Shown here: piece after piece, positions 1 to 10,999 of the stretch
Layout: each line of letters begins with the position of its first letter
How positions within the stretch are numbered: the stretch's first letter is position 1
Notes under the pieces: model-generated
Told to the model about the DNA's origin: nothing
Seen by the model: the letters and a program-made list of their open reading frames with translations, nothing else
Database searches by the model: none
Position numbers and translations under genes: made by a program
Assembly (NCBI GenBank): GCA_963850905.1
Contig: CAWKMU010000004.1
Location: 1-64,000, forward strand
Source: an uncultured Gemmatimonadales bacterium
Lineage (GTDB): Bacteria; Gemmatimonadota; Gemmatimonadetes; Gemmatimonadales; Gemmatimonadaceae
Direction: 5' to 3'
Length of the DNA stretch: 64,000 nucleotides

Positions 1-1468
1 CCAGAGTCAATCGGTCGTCGCAACGGTTTGTGTGTGTGAGAGTAACAGCTCGTTCAGCGCTTCGGCAGGCGTTCTCCAGCCGAGCGTCTTGCGCGGTCGC
101 GTGTTCAGCGTGAGCGCGACCGCAGCCACATCAGGGGCGTTGTGCGCGCTCAGATCCGTGCCCTTTGGGAAGTACTGCCGCAATAGTCCGTTCGTATTCT
201 CGTTCGTCCCCCGCTGCCAGGGACTCTGCGGATCGCAGAAGTAGACCGCGAGCCCCGTATCAACGCGTAGTTGTGCGTGCTGTGCCATCTCTGCCCCTTG
301 ATCCCACGTCAGCGACCGCCGCAGTTGGGCGGGTAGTGTCTGGATCGCGCGCGTGATCGCATCACGCACCGCCGGAGCACCGTGCCCGGCGAGCGCGGGC
401 CCGTTCTTTGTGTCGGTCGTGCGCGCGCCAGCCGCGTGGCCCCGCATGCGCGGGAGGTGGAGCAGTAGCGTGAAGCGTGTAGTGCGCTCGACCAACGTGC
501 CGATGGCGGAGCTGTCGAGGCCTAGGATCAGATCGCCCTCCCAGTGCCCCGGCACCGCGCGGTCGTCCGCCTCGGCTGGTCGAGCGCTGATCAGCAGGTC
601 GGACGTGACAAAGCCTCTGCCCGCGGCCCGTGTGCGGGCACGCGGCACGCGCAACGCCCGGCCCGTGCGTAAGCAGGCGGTCAGCTCGCGACGGAGCGCG
701 CCGCGGCCCTGGACGTAGAGTGCCTGGTAGATCGCTTCGTGGCTGATGCGCATGGTGGGATCCTCCGGGAAGTCGACGGGGAGCCAATGCGCGATCTGCG
801 CCGGACTCCACGCGCGACCCCATCGCCGGTGCTGCCGACGCCCGTGCCTGCGGCCCCTCCACGGCACCGCCGGCCCGCGCGCCGCCGCGCCGTCCGGCGC
901 CGTGATCACACCCGCGAGGCGGTCCTGCACATACTGCCGGAGCCGCGCGTCTGTCGCCAGCTTCGCCGGCTTCGGGCGGCGGCCCGCCCGGTCGGCGTGC
1001 CACTGCGCCGTGGTCGCACGGTAGTCGAGCGCGCCACCACGGGTCGCCGCATTCCGGCGCAGCTCGCGCGAGATGCTCGAGGGCGCGCGCCCAAGCTGGC
1101 GGGCAATCTCGCGGACGCCGTAGTGGTGGGCGTGGAGGAGCGCCAGCTGCTCGCGCTCGGCGAAGGATAGATAGCGCCCCGACAGCGGCGACGCGGATGG
1201 GGCGAGATGTGACGGCGGCATGCCTCCAGCTTGTCGGAACCAGCGTGCCCCGACCACCCACGAGACTCGCGCATCGGCAACCGCGGTCTCGGAGTAGCAG
1301 CCGCGGGCGATAGCGCCCCAGAACCGCTGCCGGTCCTCACGCCGCCCGACCGGCGGGCGGCCCAGTGAATGCAGCTTGCCACGTCCAGACCGATCCGAGC
1401 GCCGTCGCCTCGGTGCTGTCATCGCAACCTCCTCGGTGAGAGTGTTGCGACGACCAATTGAATCCACC
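1..1468 (-). mobile_element. IS30-family insertion sequence, copy 1 (first base cut by the window edge), nested in an IS3 orfB
   Basis: Near-identical to 33632..35100 and 42712..44180. Subterminal inverted repeats GAGTCAATCGGTCGTCGCAAC / GTTGCGACGACCAATTGAATC. Followed by CAA and the 3' part of IS3. Confidence 0.95.
7..1422 (-). CDS. IS30-family DDE transposase
   Basis: Motifs YLSFAERE, ISRELRRN, PGHWEGDLI, SLTWDQGAEM, SPWQRGTNENTNGLLRQYFPKG. ATG at 1422 has a GAGGAGG RBS. Confidence 0.95.
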   Translation of the reverse strand: MTAPRRRRSDRSGRGKLHSLGRPPVGRREDRQRFWGAIARGCYSETAVADARVSWVVGARWFRQAGGMPPSHLAPSASPLSGRYLSFAEREQLALLHAHHYGVREIARQLGRAPSSISRELRRNAATRGGALDYRATTAQWHADRAGRRPKPAKLATDARLRQYVQDRLAGVITAPDGAAARGPAVPWRGRRHGRRQHRRWGRAWSPAQIAHWLPVDFPEDPTMRISHEAIYQALYVQGRGALRRELTACLRTGRALRVPRARTRAAGRGFVTSDLLISARPAEADDRAVPGHWEGDLILGLDSSAIGTLVERTTRFTLLLHLPRMRGHAAGARTTDTKNGPALAGHGAPAVRDAITRAIQTLPAQLRRSLTWDQGAEMAQHAQLRVDTGLAVYFCDPQSPWQRGTNENTNGLLRQYFPKGTDLSAHNAPDVAAVALTLNTRPRKTLGWRTPAEALNELLLSHTQTVATTD

Positions 1469-1778
1469 CAATATGCCAGTTTTGCGTATCAGCGCCTGCT
1501 CCAGCAAGCTGGGTTCGCCTGCAGTATGAGTCGCGTCGGCGATTGCTGGGATAACGCCGTGGTGGAGAGCTTCTTCGCCACACTCACGAAGGAGCTGCTA
1601 GTCGACGGCCTGTTCGCCACGCGGGCTGAGGCGAGTCGCGTCCTGTTCGAATTCATCGAGATCTGGTACAATCGTCAGCGTCGGCATTCCTCGTTGGGCT
1701 ACCGCACGCCGGCCGAGTTCGAGGAGCAGTTGCAGCAAGTCAGCTAACTCACGTGTCTACGAAATCGGGGCAACTCCA
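1469..1778 (+). mobile_element. IS3-family element, 3' part of copy 1 (orfB C-terminus 1469..1747 and right IR)
   Basis: Encodes QYAS...SMSRVGDCWDNAVVESFFATL...WYNRQRRHSSLGYRTPAEFE. Ends GTGTCTACGAAATCGGGGCAACTCCA. Matches 35101..35410. Confidence 0.92.
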
Positions 1779-1936
1779 GTGAGTCACTTGTCTCGCGTGC
1801 GTGGCTTCGCGCTTCCACGTCTCGCTGCTAACCCCTCGGCAGTATGCGGCACGCAATGTGCTTGACCGCTTGCGACAGCGGTAGCGTGGCGGCGCTGGTC
1901 GGTACGCCGGCGCTCACATCACACTGGAGGAAGACA

Positions 1937-2161
1937 ATGCCAGATCAATCGAACCCCAACGACTACGCGACCGGCTCTCACAAAGGAGCAGCCGATTCTG
2001 TCGCGGGCAAGGCGAAGGAAGGCGCAGGCAAAGCCAGAGAAGATCTGGGCAAAGAACGGGACGATCCGCAGCTCGAGGCCGAAGGACGGTTCGAGAAGGA
2101 TGCGGGTAAGGCTCAAGACAAGCTTGGCAAGTCCGAGCGCAAACTCGAGCGGGATCATTAG
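1937..2161 (+). CDS. csbD: CsbD-family stress protein
   Basis: GKAKEGAGKA...DPQLEAEGRFEKDAGKAQDKLG pattern; GGAGG RBS. Confidence 0.8.
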   Translation: MPDQSNPNDYATGSHKGAADSVAGKAKEGAGKAREDLGKERDDPQLEAEGRFEKDAGKAQDKLGKSERKLERDH

Positions 2162-2491
2162 CACGCGCTGCATCCGCGGGGCCTGACGGGCGTCAATACA
2201 AGTCGGATGGGAGTGACACCGCAGGCCCCAAGCTGGTTGTCCTAGCTCGTGCGCGTCGAACTTCGACATGCGCCAACGATCATTGCAGTCGGCGATGGCA
2301 CTCGTGGGTCCGCTGTCGGAACCGTCCGCCGACCTCGTGGCCTCCTCGCACCGAAGGCGTGGAGATCAGCGGACTGTTTCCGCAGTTAGGGCACAAGTGG
2401 GAGGAGCCAGCCGCACGGCAACGGACGGGATCGGCGATTGCATTGGCCGGCACCATCAGGCTCGATTGCGCGCTCACGATCCGGAGGATCA

Positions 2492-3085
2492 ATGACCCCG
2501 AAGACGCTCGAGGATCTGTACGTCGACGAACTCAGGGACTTGTATAGCGCCGAGCGGCAGATCCTGATGGCGCTACCCAAAATGATCAAGGCAGCAACAC
2601 ACGAGGAACTCAAGGAGGCGTTCGAACTTCACCTTCTGCAAACGGTGACGCACGTCGAGCGGATCGAACGCATCTTCTCCGATTTGGATGGGACCCCAAA
2701 GGGCAAGAAATGTCGCGGCATGGAGGGCGTCATCGAAGAGGGTGCCGAGCTGATCGACAAAGCAAAGCCCTCGGCGGTCTTGGATGCTGGCCTCATTGCC
2801 AAGGCACAGCACGTTGAGCATTACGAGATGGCGGGATACGGAAGCGCGTACGAATGGGCGATGCGCCTCGGTCACACGGCCCAGGCGACGCTCCTACGGC
2901 AGACGCTCGACGAAGAGAAACACACCGATGCCCTGTTGACGGACTTGGCAAGGCGGTCGGTCAATGCCGAGGCAGAGGTCAAGATCACCCGTAGCGGAGA
3001 AATGGGTGATGCGCCGGCGCGCCGATCAGCGGCCGATCGACATCCAGCTCACCAGCGGGGGCGCCAGTCGGCGGAGCGACGATGA
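2492..3085 (+). CDS. yciF: Ferritin-like DUF892 (YciE/YciF) protein
   Basis: LEDLYVDELRDLYSAERQ, CRGMEGVIEEG, AQHVEHYEMAGYG; GGAGG RBS. Confidence 0.85.
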   Translation: MTPKTLEDLYVDELRDLYSAERQILMALPKMIKAATHEELKEAFELHLLQTVTHVERIERIFSDLDGTPKGKKCRGMEGVIEEGAELIDKAKPSAVLDAGLIAKAQHVEHYEMAGYGSAYEWAMRLGHTAQATLLRQTLDEEKHTDALLTDLARRSVNAEAEVKITRSGEMGDAPARRSAADRHPAHQRGRQSAERR

Positions 3086-3507
3086 ATCGCGCACAGTGTG
3101 CTCGGACCGCACGGACTCGTCTTAGCCGGACGGCGTGTGTCATTGGAGCGATGTTCCTCTTCGGCGCCTGCGGCTCGACGGCGCCCAAACCAAAAATTGG
3201 ATTCAGCCCGAGCACCGTCACGCTCACGGCGACGGCCGGCGCTACGGCGTCCGGTTCAGTGGAGGTTAAGAATGTCGGCGGTGGAACGCTATCAGGAGTC
3301 TCGGCGTCGGTCGGTGCGTATTCGACCGGTGCATCTGGCTGGCTCACGGTCACGCTGTCGGCGGCCACGGCGCCCGCGTCGCTCGAGCTGGCGGCGAACG
3401 CCGCTACCGTGAGCGCCGGAACCTACTCCGCCGTCGTAAATGTGAGCGCCGCCGGCGCGAGCCCCCCGACCGCGACGTTGACGGTGAATCTGACAGTGAC
3501 GCAGTAG
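3082..3507 (+). CDS. Putative lipoprotein with an Ig-like (BACON-like) domain
   Basis: Lipobox-like FGAC; VEVKNVGGGTL...GWLTVT...GTYSAVVNV...VNLTV. Confidence 0.6.
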   Translation: MNRAQCARTARTRLSRTACVIGAMFLFGACGSTAPKPKIGFSPSTVTLTATAGATASGSVEVKNVGGGTLSGVSASVGAYSTGASGWLTVTLSAATAPASLELAANAATVSAGTYSAVVNVSAAGASPPTATLTVNLTVTQ

Positions 3508-3550
3508 AAGGTCGGAGGTCTCGAACTCGACGCGTCGCACCACGCGCGCG

Positions 3551-5494
3551 ATGGGGGCCTCGCAGGCTTTCAGCCGCCTGCTGTTGGCGCTGTTGATGGT
3601 GGTATCACTGTCGACTGGAGCCACCGCCCAGGATACGTCACACGTCCTGCGTGACACGAGCCACCTGATTCACATCACTGTCGACACGGCGCCTGTCGAT
3701 TCGCTCGCGCTCGATACCCTCCGGCGCGCGGTGATCCGGGACTCGCTCCGAGGGGCGAATCGACGGGATTCAGCGAAGAACGCCAAAAACTGCCAAGGCC
3801 GGATCATCACGGCCGTCGTGATCCGGCCACAGCCGCCGGCGTTTTTTTCGCCCTCGACCGATCCGCGCGTTACGGCACGTCTGCGTCGCCTCAATGCTTT
3901 GCACTTCACTACGCGGCGCTACGTGATTCGTCGATTCCTCGCCTTTCAGGTGGGGAATGTGTGCACCGAGCCACGTCGCCTCGAATCCGAGCGCTTGTTG
4001 CGGGCCCAGCCATTTCTGGACCGCGTGCGCATTTCGGCGATTCGCGATGGGCCGAATGGCGTGCGGATGGATGTGCTGACGGTCGACGCGTTCGCCGCGC
4101 ACGTTGGCCTCAGCATCGAAAGTCGACCGCCATTGATCAATTTGCTGGCCCTCGGCAACGGGAACTTGCTCGGTTCGGCCATACGCGTCGACGGACTGTG
4201 GTCGTTCGAGGAAGGTTATCGAGACCAGTTCAGCGGCCAGATCACGGACTATGCGTTCTTGGGCCACCCGTGGGTCGCCGACGTAAGGGCCAACTTGGCC
4301 CACGTCGGTCAGCAGATCGACGGATCCGTGTCCCATCCGTACTTCACGAATCTGCAGCGTACGGCGTGGCGCGTTGCTGCTGGCAATCTCCAGAACTACT
4401 TCGAGTTCGTGCGCCCTGGGAGTGTGCGTCCAGCCCTGGACTTCCAGCAGAGCTACGCCAGCGCGGGCGGGTTGTTCCGTCTCGGAAGCCCATCCCGGTT
4501 CGAGTCGACGGGGCCGACCAACCTCGCCGTTCAGTACAGCCAGACCGTGCTCATCGGCGCCGCGCTGTCGCACGAAAGCAATGGTATCGCGGGCCAAGCG
4601 CTCGATCTCACGGGAAGGGGCCCTGTGTCCGACACGACAGTCGGCAGCCCCCCGTTTGGGGGACGCTACGCCGCGCACAATGTTCGGCGGGTGAACGGGC
4701 TGGCCGGATTTCGAGCCCTGCACTACATGACAGTCCGCGGCTTCGAGTCGCTGCTTGGTGAGGAGGACGTCCCGATCGGCGTGCAGGCATCAAGCGTCGT
4801 GGGGCGGAGCGTCCCATGGTTCGGCGGCGCTGGAGACCCTGACATTTTCGTATCGGGTCGCATGGATATGGGAGCGGGCAACCGTCGGTCCGTGGTCCAA
4901 GCCGGGCTCGAGACGGAAGCGCGACGGGATCTGCGCACGGGGGCGTGGGACGGACTCATTGCCAGCGCTCACGGGGCGTGGTATTACAAACCGACGCTCG
5001 CGCAGACACTGATTTTCACGACTGACGCCGCGCTCGGTCGGCGCGTGATTGTGCCATTCGAGCTCACTCTCAGCGACCCCCTGGGCGGTGTCGAGGGCTA
5101 CGACGGGGCACAGGTCGCCGGCGGCGTTCGGGCGGTTGGCCGCGCCGAGTATCGGCACCTGTTTCGCATGCCGTGGTCGTTGCCCCGGTCTGCGGCGGCG
5201 TGGGGTCTCGCCGGCTTTGCCACAACGGGTCGCATCTGGAACGGAGGCGTGCCATACGGGGCCACCTCCCCGGTGGTGGCGTCGGCCGGCGCGAGCCTGC
5301 TCGTCGGACTGCCCATCGAGGCTCGACAACTGTGGCGGCTCGACGTGGCCGCTCCCCTCGTCCCCGAGGTTCACACTGGCTGGGTGCTGCGCATCTCGTC
5401 GATATCCGCGGTCCGGCTAGGATGGTTGGAGCCTCGCGACGTCAGCCGGAGCCGAGAGCAAACGGTCAGCCCCAACCTGTTCGGATATCCCTAG
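3551..5494 (+). CDS. Omp85/BamA-TamA-like outer membrane protein (POTRA plus barrel)
   Basis: Signal peptide; POTRA-like HFTTRRYVIRRFLAF..G...RLESERLLRAQPFL; beta-rich C-terminus. Confidence 0.65.
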   Translation: MGASQAFSRLLLALLMVVSLSTGATAQDTSHVLRDTSHLIHITVDTAPVDSLALDTLRRAVIRDSLRGANRRDSAKNAKNCQGRIITAVVIRPQPPAFFSPSTDPRVTARLRRLNALHFTTRRYVIRRFLAFQVGNVCTEPRRLESERLLRAQPFLDRVRISAIRDGPNGVRMDVLTVDAFAAHVGLSIESRPPLINLLALGNGNLLGSAIRVDGLWSFEEGYRDQFSGQITDYAFLGHPWVADVRANLAHVGQQIDGSVSHPYFTNLQRTAWRVAAGNLQNYFEFVRPGSVRPALDFQQSYASAGGLFRLGSPSRFESTGPTNLAVQYSQTVLIGAALSHESNGIAGQALDLTGRGPVSDTTVGSPPFGGRYAAHNVRRVNGLAGFRALHYMTVRGFESLLGEEDVPIGVQASSVVGRSVPWFGGAGDPDIFVSGRMDMGAGNRRSVVQAGLETEARRDLRTGAWDGLIASAHGAWYYKPTLAQTLIFTTDAALGRRVIVPFELTLSDPLGGVEGYDGAQVAGGVRAVGRAEYRHLFRMPWSLPRSAAAWGLAGFATTGRIWNGGVPYGATSPVVASAGASLLVGLPIEARQLWRLDVAAPLVPEVHTGWVLRISSISAVRLGWLEPRDVSRSREQTVSPNLFGYP

Positions 5495-6449
5495 GAAGTG
5501 CGGGTCACGACGGGCACCGGCGAATTGAAGCACGTTATATGGGTGCGATAGCGTACTCTGTCGTCGAACGGTATGACCCCTGCTCCATTGCAGTCGCCCA
5601 TGGTAGCTCTCTGGCGGTACCGTCGCTGTTGGACAGCGAGGGGTGATGGTCTGGGGCGTTGATGTCTGGCGGCGCCGCTGGGCACAGTCCCATGTGGCTT
5701 CGTCGCCCCGCCAGCGGCTTCTCGGCTGCGCGGCGGTGATCGTTCTCGTCCTTGCGATCGTGGTCATGATCTCCTGGCATCGATTGCGTGCTGTCCTCCG
5801 ACAGGAATCACCCAGCTCTGTGGTCTCACCTCCTGCCCAACCGCTACGCACGCGAGGGGGTGGGGGGCCACACGGCTCGGGAACGGCGCGGTAGCGTTCG
5901 GACGTCGCTCGGCAGCCGTGCGTTGGTGGGAGGAGGTCACGGGTCACTCCCCTGCATTGTGGCCATGGATCCGACGTCGAAGTCAATGAAACGGCCGTTA
6001 GAATCGTCCTCGCGAACATACGTGTCGAACACCATCGAATACAGTGATTCGAGCGTGGACGAGCGGTGGATCGACGTTTGTGCGCGAGCGCCGTCCGATT
6101 CGTGACGGACCAAGTCGCTGAAATAATCATCTAAGTGGCGGGCAATGGCGCAATGTGCCCCACGCGGATAGAGCCAATGCGTGCAAGCAAGAGTTGTGTG
6201 CCATCAGAGTGAGACAGCAGTAGAGCCGCTGGGGCACCACTCGGTACGCCGGCGCTCGCATCACACCGGAGGACGAGAATGCCTCATTCAACGACCCCTA
6301 ATGACTACAGAACCGGTACCAGGCCACGCGTCGCGGGTCCTACGCCTCTGTCTATTTGATCCTCCTGGGTTTCAGGTGTTGCGTGGTCTCGCACCGCTGA
6401 GACCTGATCCTGACGCCTGCAATATCGGCCCATCCCTTGCGATAACCTG

Positions 6450-6827
6450 AACTGATGCAGCCGGCCTGGGTCGCGATATTCGCGCGTGTAGCGTCGAGCT
6501 TACTCGGGTGGACAATGCGTACGCGCGGCGCGGTCACATCACGCTCGGGCTGTCCGGTCCCGATCCAGTGGTACACCACCCGACGGCTCACCCCGAACTG
6601 CCGGGCGATTGCCGCTTTCGAGAGGGCTGCTCCAGCAAGTGTTTGAGCGGCACGAGTCGCTCCCATCCGTACACCGGCGCCTCCCGCGGCCAAGAAAGGA
6701 GACGCAACGTGGCACAAACAGCTGGGGCCTGCCGAGGATCGCGCCCACCGCCGCCCCGCTAGGATCAGGAGACCCGAGTTTGCAATTTCAATCGGTGCTT
6801 GCGTGCAATATCAGATCGGTGGTGAGA
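6450..6827 (-). pseudogene. IS21-family relic (IstA N-terminal HTH plus degenerate left end)
   Basis: LSKAAIARQFGVSRRVVYHWI...SKLD. Two tandem TGCAAT..CA(G)ATCGGTG repeats at 6781..6821 resemble IS21 end repeats. Confidence 0.6.
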
Positions 6828-6903
6828 ACACGCGCGTGGCGTTCTGTCGCGCCAGGCGGGAGGAGCGCCCACTGCCGCCGATCGCTCGAGGGTCCCGCTC
6901 CCG

Positions 6904-7200
6904 CTAAAAGCGCGTCGGAGGTGGGCGCGAGAGCAATCTGGCCGTTCTGCGGGATCCAGAAGTCGTACCTGGTGGTGGCCAGGGCCGCCGCACTGCCGCG
7001 GCGAATCGCACCGCACCGATGATCGTGGACTTTGCGTTGTGCCCAATCACTTGGCCGAGGATACCACCAGCAGCCGCACCGGCGCCCGCCTTCGTCGCGT
7101 CCTGCCCCATGCCCGTCGCCCGGACTTTGTCTGTCGTGGCTGACGTGACGTAGGCCTCAGCCGGATCATTCACGCCGTTCAACCCGATCGAATCGACGCG
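6904..7200 (-). pseudogene. Degenerate glycine-zipper membrane protein fragment
   Basis: KAGAGAAAGGILGQVIGHNAKSTIIGA followed by an apparent frame break; no credible start. Confidence 0.45.
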
Positions 7201-7359
7201 ATGCCGATTTCTCCGGGCATCGTACGCGAGCGCACGTCCCAGATGCGGCGGCGCTCTGCGCACGGAGCGCGATCGCGTGCAAGGCTGCTGTGGCCGCGCA
7301 GGTCGACCTTCGGATGCGTTCACTCCCGAGCGGACGGGACTCGATGCGAGCGGCGTCGC

Positions 7360-8265
7360 TCACCGCTTATCGGTTGGTCCGGTATCGCTGGTAGCCGCTC
7401 GGTGTCGATCGCCCGGGGTCCGATGCCCGGAGCGCTCCCCGTGCACTTCTGCGGCAACCACGCCGGCAGTCAAAATGGCGAGCATCGTGAGATACATCCA
7501 TATCAAGAGCACCATCACGGCGCCGATGGTGCCATACGTCTTGTTGTAACTCCCGAAGTGCTGCACGTAGGCACGAAAGGCGAGCGTGGTGATGACCCAC
7601 GCGGTCGTCCCGATCGCGGCGCCAAGGAGTGCCTCGCGCCACGTGAGGCGCAGATCGGGCAACACGAAGTAGATCGCCCAGGTCAAAAGCCCGATGAACC
7701 CGACCGCAATGGGGAACTCAATGACGGTCCAGATGTCTTTCGCCGTGCTGCCGAGGCCCGCGACTCTCGCTATGAACTGGATGACATTTTCCCCATCGAG
7801 CAGCACCACCGCCGCGACCAGAACCACGACGGAGGTGCCGATTACGAAGGCCAAGGCCAGCAGCGTGCGCTTCCACCACGCCCGTGACTCGTTGACGCCA
7901 CAAGCCCGATTGAGGGTGTCGGTGAGGGCCGAGAACACGTTGGAGCCGGCCCAGAGGGCGAACACGGCGCCGACCGCTACGATCCCGGGCGCGGCCTTCG
8001 CAAAGACGACGTCGTTAACAAATCCCAAAAGCAGACGATACGCGTCTTGCGGTACCGTCTTGCCCAACTCCGTCATCAGGAAGTCGACCACGGTGCGCTT
8101 GTCGCCGGCGAGGCTGAAAAGCGGCGTCGCGAAGAGGAGCAGCGGGAAGAGCGAGAAGAAGAAGTAGTAGGCCGTCTGCGCCGAGAGGCCGAGCACGTTC
8201 GTCGCGAGGATGCTGCGACCCACCTTCCGCAGCAACGAACCGATCGCGATTCCGCCGACGGTCAT
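7360..8265 (-). CDS. YihY/virulence factor BrkB-family membrane protein
   Basis: SAQTAYYFFFSLFPLLL and YNKTYGTIGAVMVLLIWMYL; multiple TM helices. Confidence 0.9.
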   Translation of the reverse strand: MTVGGIAIGSLLRKVGRSILATNVLGLSAQTAYYFFFSLFPLLLFATPLFSLAGDKRTVVDFLMTELGKTVPQDAYRLLLGFVNDVVFAKAAPGIVAVGAVFALWAGSNVFSALTDTLNRACGVNESRAWWKRTLLALAFVIGTSVVVLVAAVVLLDGENVIQFIARVAGLGSTAKDIWTVIEFPIAVGFIGLLTWAIYFVLPDLRLTWREALLGAAIGTTAWVITTLAFRAYVQHFGSYNKTYGTIGAVMVLLIWMYLTMLAILTAGVVAAEVHGERSGHRTPGDRHRAATSDTGPTDKR

Positions 8266-9038
8266 ACGCCACGGCGAGGCAAACCCCGGGCCTCACCGCG
8301 CCGCCCGCATACTGCGTACGTCGACGGTCGTACCAGCCATTGAACGGACCCTGACCGTGAAACGCCCTGCGAATGGAACGCTCCCGCTCCGATGCATGCT
8401 GCGGCCCGGGATCCGCTGCACGTCGTCGTCATCGAGCGGACGTTGCTGTCCGCGTCGCGTCAGTTCGCGGAGCACACGAAGCCGCAAACCGTGCCGGGCT
8501 CGGATCGCCTCGCGACAGCGATCGTGCTGGCTCGCCTCCCGCGCGCTCACGACGATGTACTCGGGCCACGCGCCCGCGGGGCGCAGGTGTCCTCCGAGCT
8601 GCTGCATCATCTCGCGCACCCCACCCTCGTCGCGTGGGACTGCAGCCAGGTCGTCGACATACGCCGCGGCGAGTCGCCGGGGTGATACGCGCGCAGCTCT
8701 GTGCGGCTTCTCGGGCCGTGCCGCATCGACCGCGGCAGCGTAGCGCAACGTGGAGGTGACCAGGCCTGTCTCCTCTGGGGGAGTGAACGGTTGATCGACC
8801 GGTGTGCCGAGGGAGTGGTCAGACGACAACACGGTCCGAGTGAGGGGCAGCGACTGGGCGTGCCGCTTGATCACGTGTCGCTCGCGTGCGCACCGACGCG
8901 CGAAACGCTACGAGCGCTCAGCGAAGCGCCCGGAGCGTGCCGATCGACCAACGGCGTAAGGGGCAGTTCAAGCGGTGTACCCCCCCAATCCATAGGCGTG
9001 ACGCTGCAAGAGTCCAGTGCTGGAGCGGTCCGCCAGCT

Positions 9039-9449
9039 TTACGACCGCGGCTCGTTAGTTCGGTCACTGAAGTACGCGGCGATCGCCCATTGGACGATAT
9101 CCCGTTCCATCGCCATTCTCGCTTCGGCCTGCAAGCCCGGTACGTTCCGCAAGAGATTCTTGAGCTCAATAAGCAGCCGCTCGGGGGGTCGGCCGTGCGC
9201 GCGCTCCAGGCGAGCAACCATTTCGGTGTTCTGGCGCAGCGCGTTGCAAAGCGCCGCGTGCTCGCCAAGCAGATGGTCCGACCACACCCCGCGTGTATGC
9301 GAGTTGCTCCGCCGCGGTCGGCGCCAGTCCCGACGATCCCGGACGGCGGCGATCGCCTCAACGGTCCGGCCAAGCATGGCGCGAGCGTGCTGCACGTCGC
9401 CGGGTAGTACATGTGGGGGGTCGCTGCGGTCGCTGGTCGCGTCACCCAT
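9039..9449 (-). CDS. Hypothetical helical protein
   Basis: GRPPERLLIELK...IVQWAIAAYF pattern, which I recall from small Gemmatimonadota proteins; not verified. Confidence 0.55.
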   Translation of the reverse strand: MGDATSDRSDPPHVLPGDVQHARAMLGRTVEAIAAVRDRRDWRRPRRSNSHTRGVWSDHLLGEHAALCNALRQNTEMVARLERAHGRPPERLLIELKNLLRNVPGLQAEARMAMERDIVQWAIAAYFSDRTNEPRS

Positions 9450-9804
9450 AGATATGCGATGCGGGTCACGGAAACCGAAGGGCTGAAAAGATGCCACCGA
9501 GTTCAGCCATTGACAAGCCCAGTCTCGCGTGGAGCCCTGGCGGAGTGCGCTCCGCCATCCGGGCACCGGCGTACAGAGCGCTAGACCGACGCGCGGCTAC
9601 CTATCGCCCGAGCGGGTGTGCCCACGCAAACGTCCGCGAGTAGTGGCACGGAGAAGCGCCGCTGAACGGGGCAATATCGCTGGGGTATACCGACGAGTTC
9701 GTGCACTACGTTTGTGCGCGCGAGAGTCGTCTCGGCCCGCAAATGGCGTCGACAGGCTATCGGGAGTGGCCGAAGCGTTTCGGTTGTAGACGCCTGTTGC
9801 CCGC

Positions 9805-9988
9805 GATGAAACCGACCACGCCCCGCGCACTTATGGCACGCTTCCGCAATCGTCCGCTGCGATTTCCCCCTGGGTTTCGCTTCGAGTACAACTCCAGCTA
9901 CGTGCTTCTCGGGCTCATTATCGAGCGAGCGTCGGGTGAGTCATACCAGACATTCCTGCAGCACGCGGTCCTAGACGTCTCGCGCTGA
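9805..9988 (+). pseudogene. Serine hydrolase (beta-lactamase family) internal fragment
   Basis: PLRFPPGFRFEYNSSYVLLGLIIERASGESYQTFL matches the YxN region. No SxxK motif and no C-terminus. Confidence 0.7.
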
Positions 9989-10230
9989 CGATCCGTCGCG
10001 ACGCGACCACCCCGCCGGGCGGCTGTCGGGAGTGAGGCCACTCGCTTCGACCTGCATCCCGAATCCGATGTGCACTTTGTGAGCGACTCCCACCGGTGGA
10101 CCTGGTGTTTACGGTGGATCGGCAAGGCCACGTGACGGAGGTGACCATAAATGGTGCATTCAAGGCACACCAGTTCACTGACGGCGAGCGGGACTCACAC
10201 GGCACCTGAGTTGCAAAGTGGTGCGAGTCC

Positions 10231-10672
10231 ATGGTCGCCGCCTTGATCGAAGGGTCCTGGGCCTGCGGACGCCTGCAAACGGTCCGACGCAGCGCTGTCG
10301 GCTTGTTCATGACAGTCGTGGCCACCCTCGCCGTTGCCAGCTGCACGACGGCTGCCGGCGACCCGGCGGCGCCTGGCGTCGTCGACATACAGGGCACATG
10401 GGAATCGGCCGATTTCACGTATACCCTGACACAGTCTCAAGATCAGGTGCGCGGTGTCGCAGTGTGCACGATCGAAGCCGCCTGCGGCGGAGTGGTTGAT
10501 GGGTCGCCCGTACACGGTTCCGTTAACGGTGTGGCTCTCCAGAATGTCTTTCGAGGTGCCACCCAGAGCAGCGACGTTTGCCGGCACGATCGTAGACGAC
10601 ACCACCATCGTAGGCACCCTCACGACCGGCTCCGCTGCCGCCATCGACACGCTTCGGCGACTGTCGGCATAA
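10231..10672 (+). pseudogene. Putative lipoprotein with one frameshift near 10540
   Basis: Lipobox-like VASC and DIQGTW. Beta-strand sequence continues in another frame (MSFEVPPRAATFAGTIVDDTTIVGTLT). Confidence 0.45.
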
Positions 10673-10999
10673 AACGAGTCGCACCGCGGTGCGCGCTACG
10701 CCTGGGTCGCTTCGTCGATCGTTCCCCGACTACGTCTCGTTGGGTCGCGCGCGGCGACCTAGGTGGCGCACGGTGCCTCAGCGCCGCGCCTGAGGGTAAA
10801 GCGCCGATGATCAGCGCGGCGTACGGCCAGGCGTGATCTCCGTACTTCGCTCACCTACCAGCCGTCCTGTCGGCATAGTATGGCTCAGCTCAGTACGAGT
10901 TGCGGCCACGTGCCGTGTCGTGGATCCGTTCTAGCCCTCGACGTTCTTGCAGTTCTCCAGACCCGCAAGCCGAGGCCCAAATACTCGTGCGTCTTGCTC

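Noticed and set aside
8293..8874. Possible GNAT-like remnant (YVDDLA)
   Set aside because: Only one short motif; no acetyl-CoA loop and no credible start.
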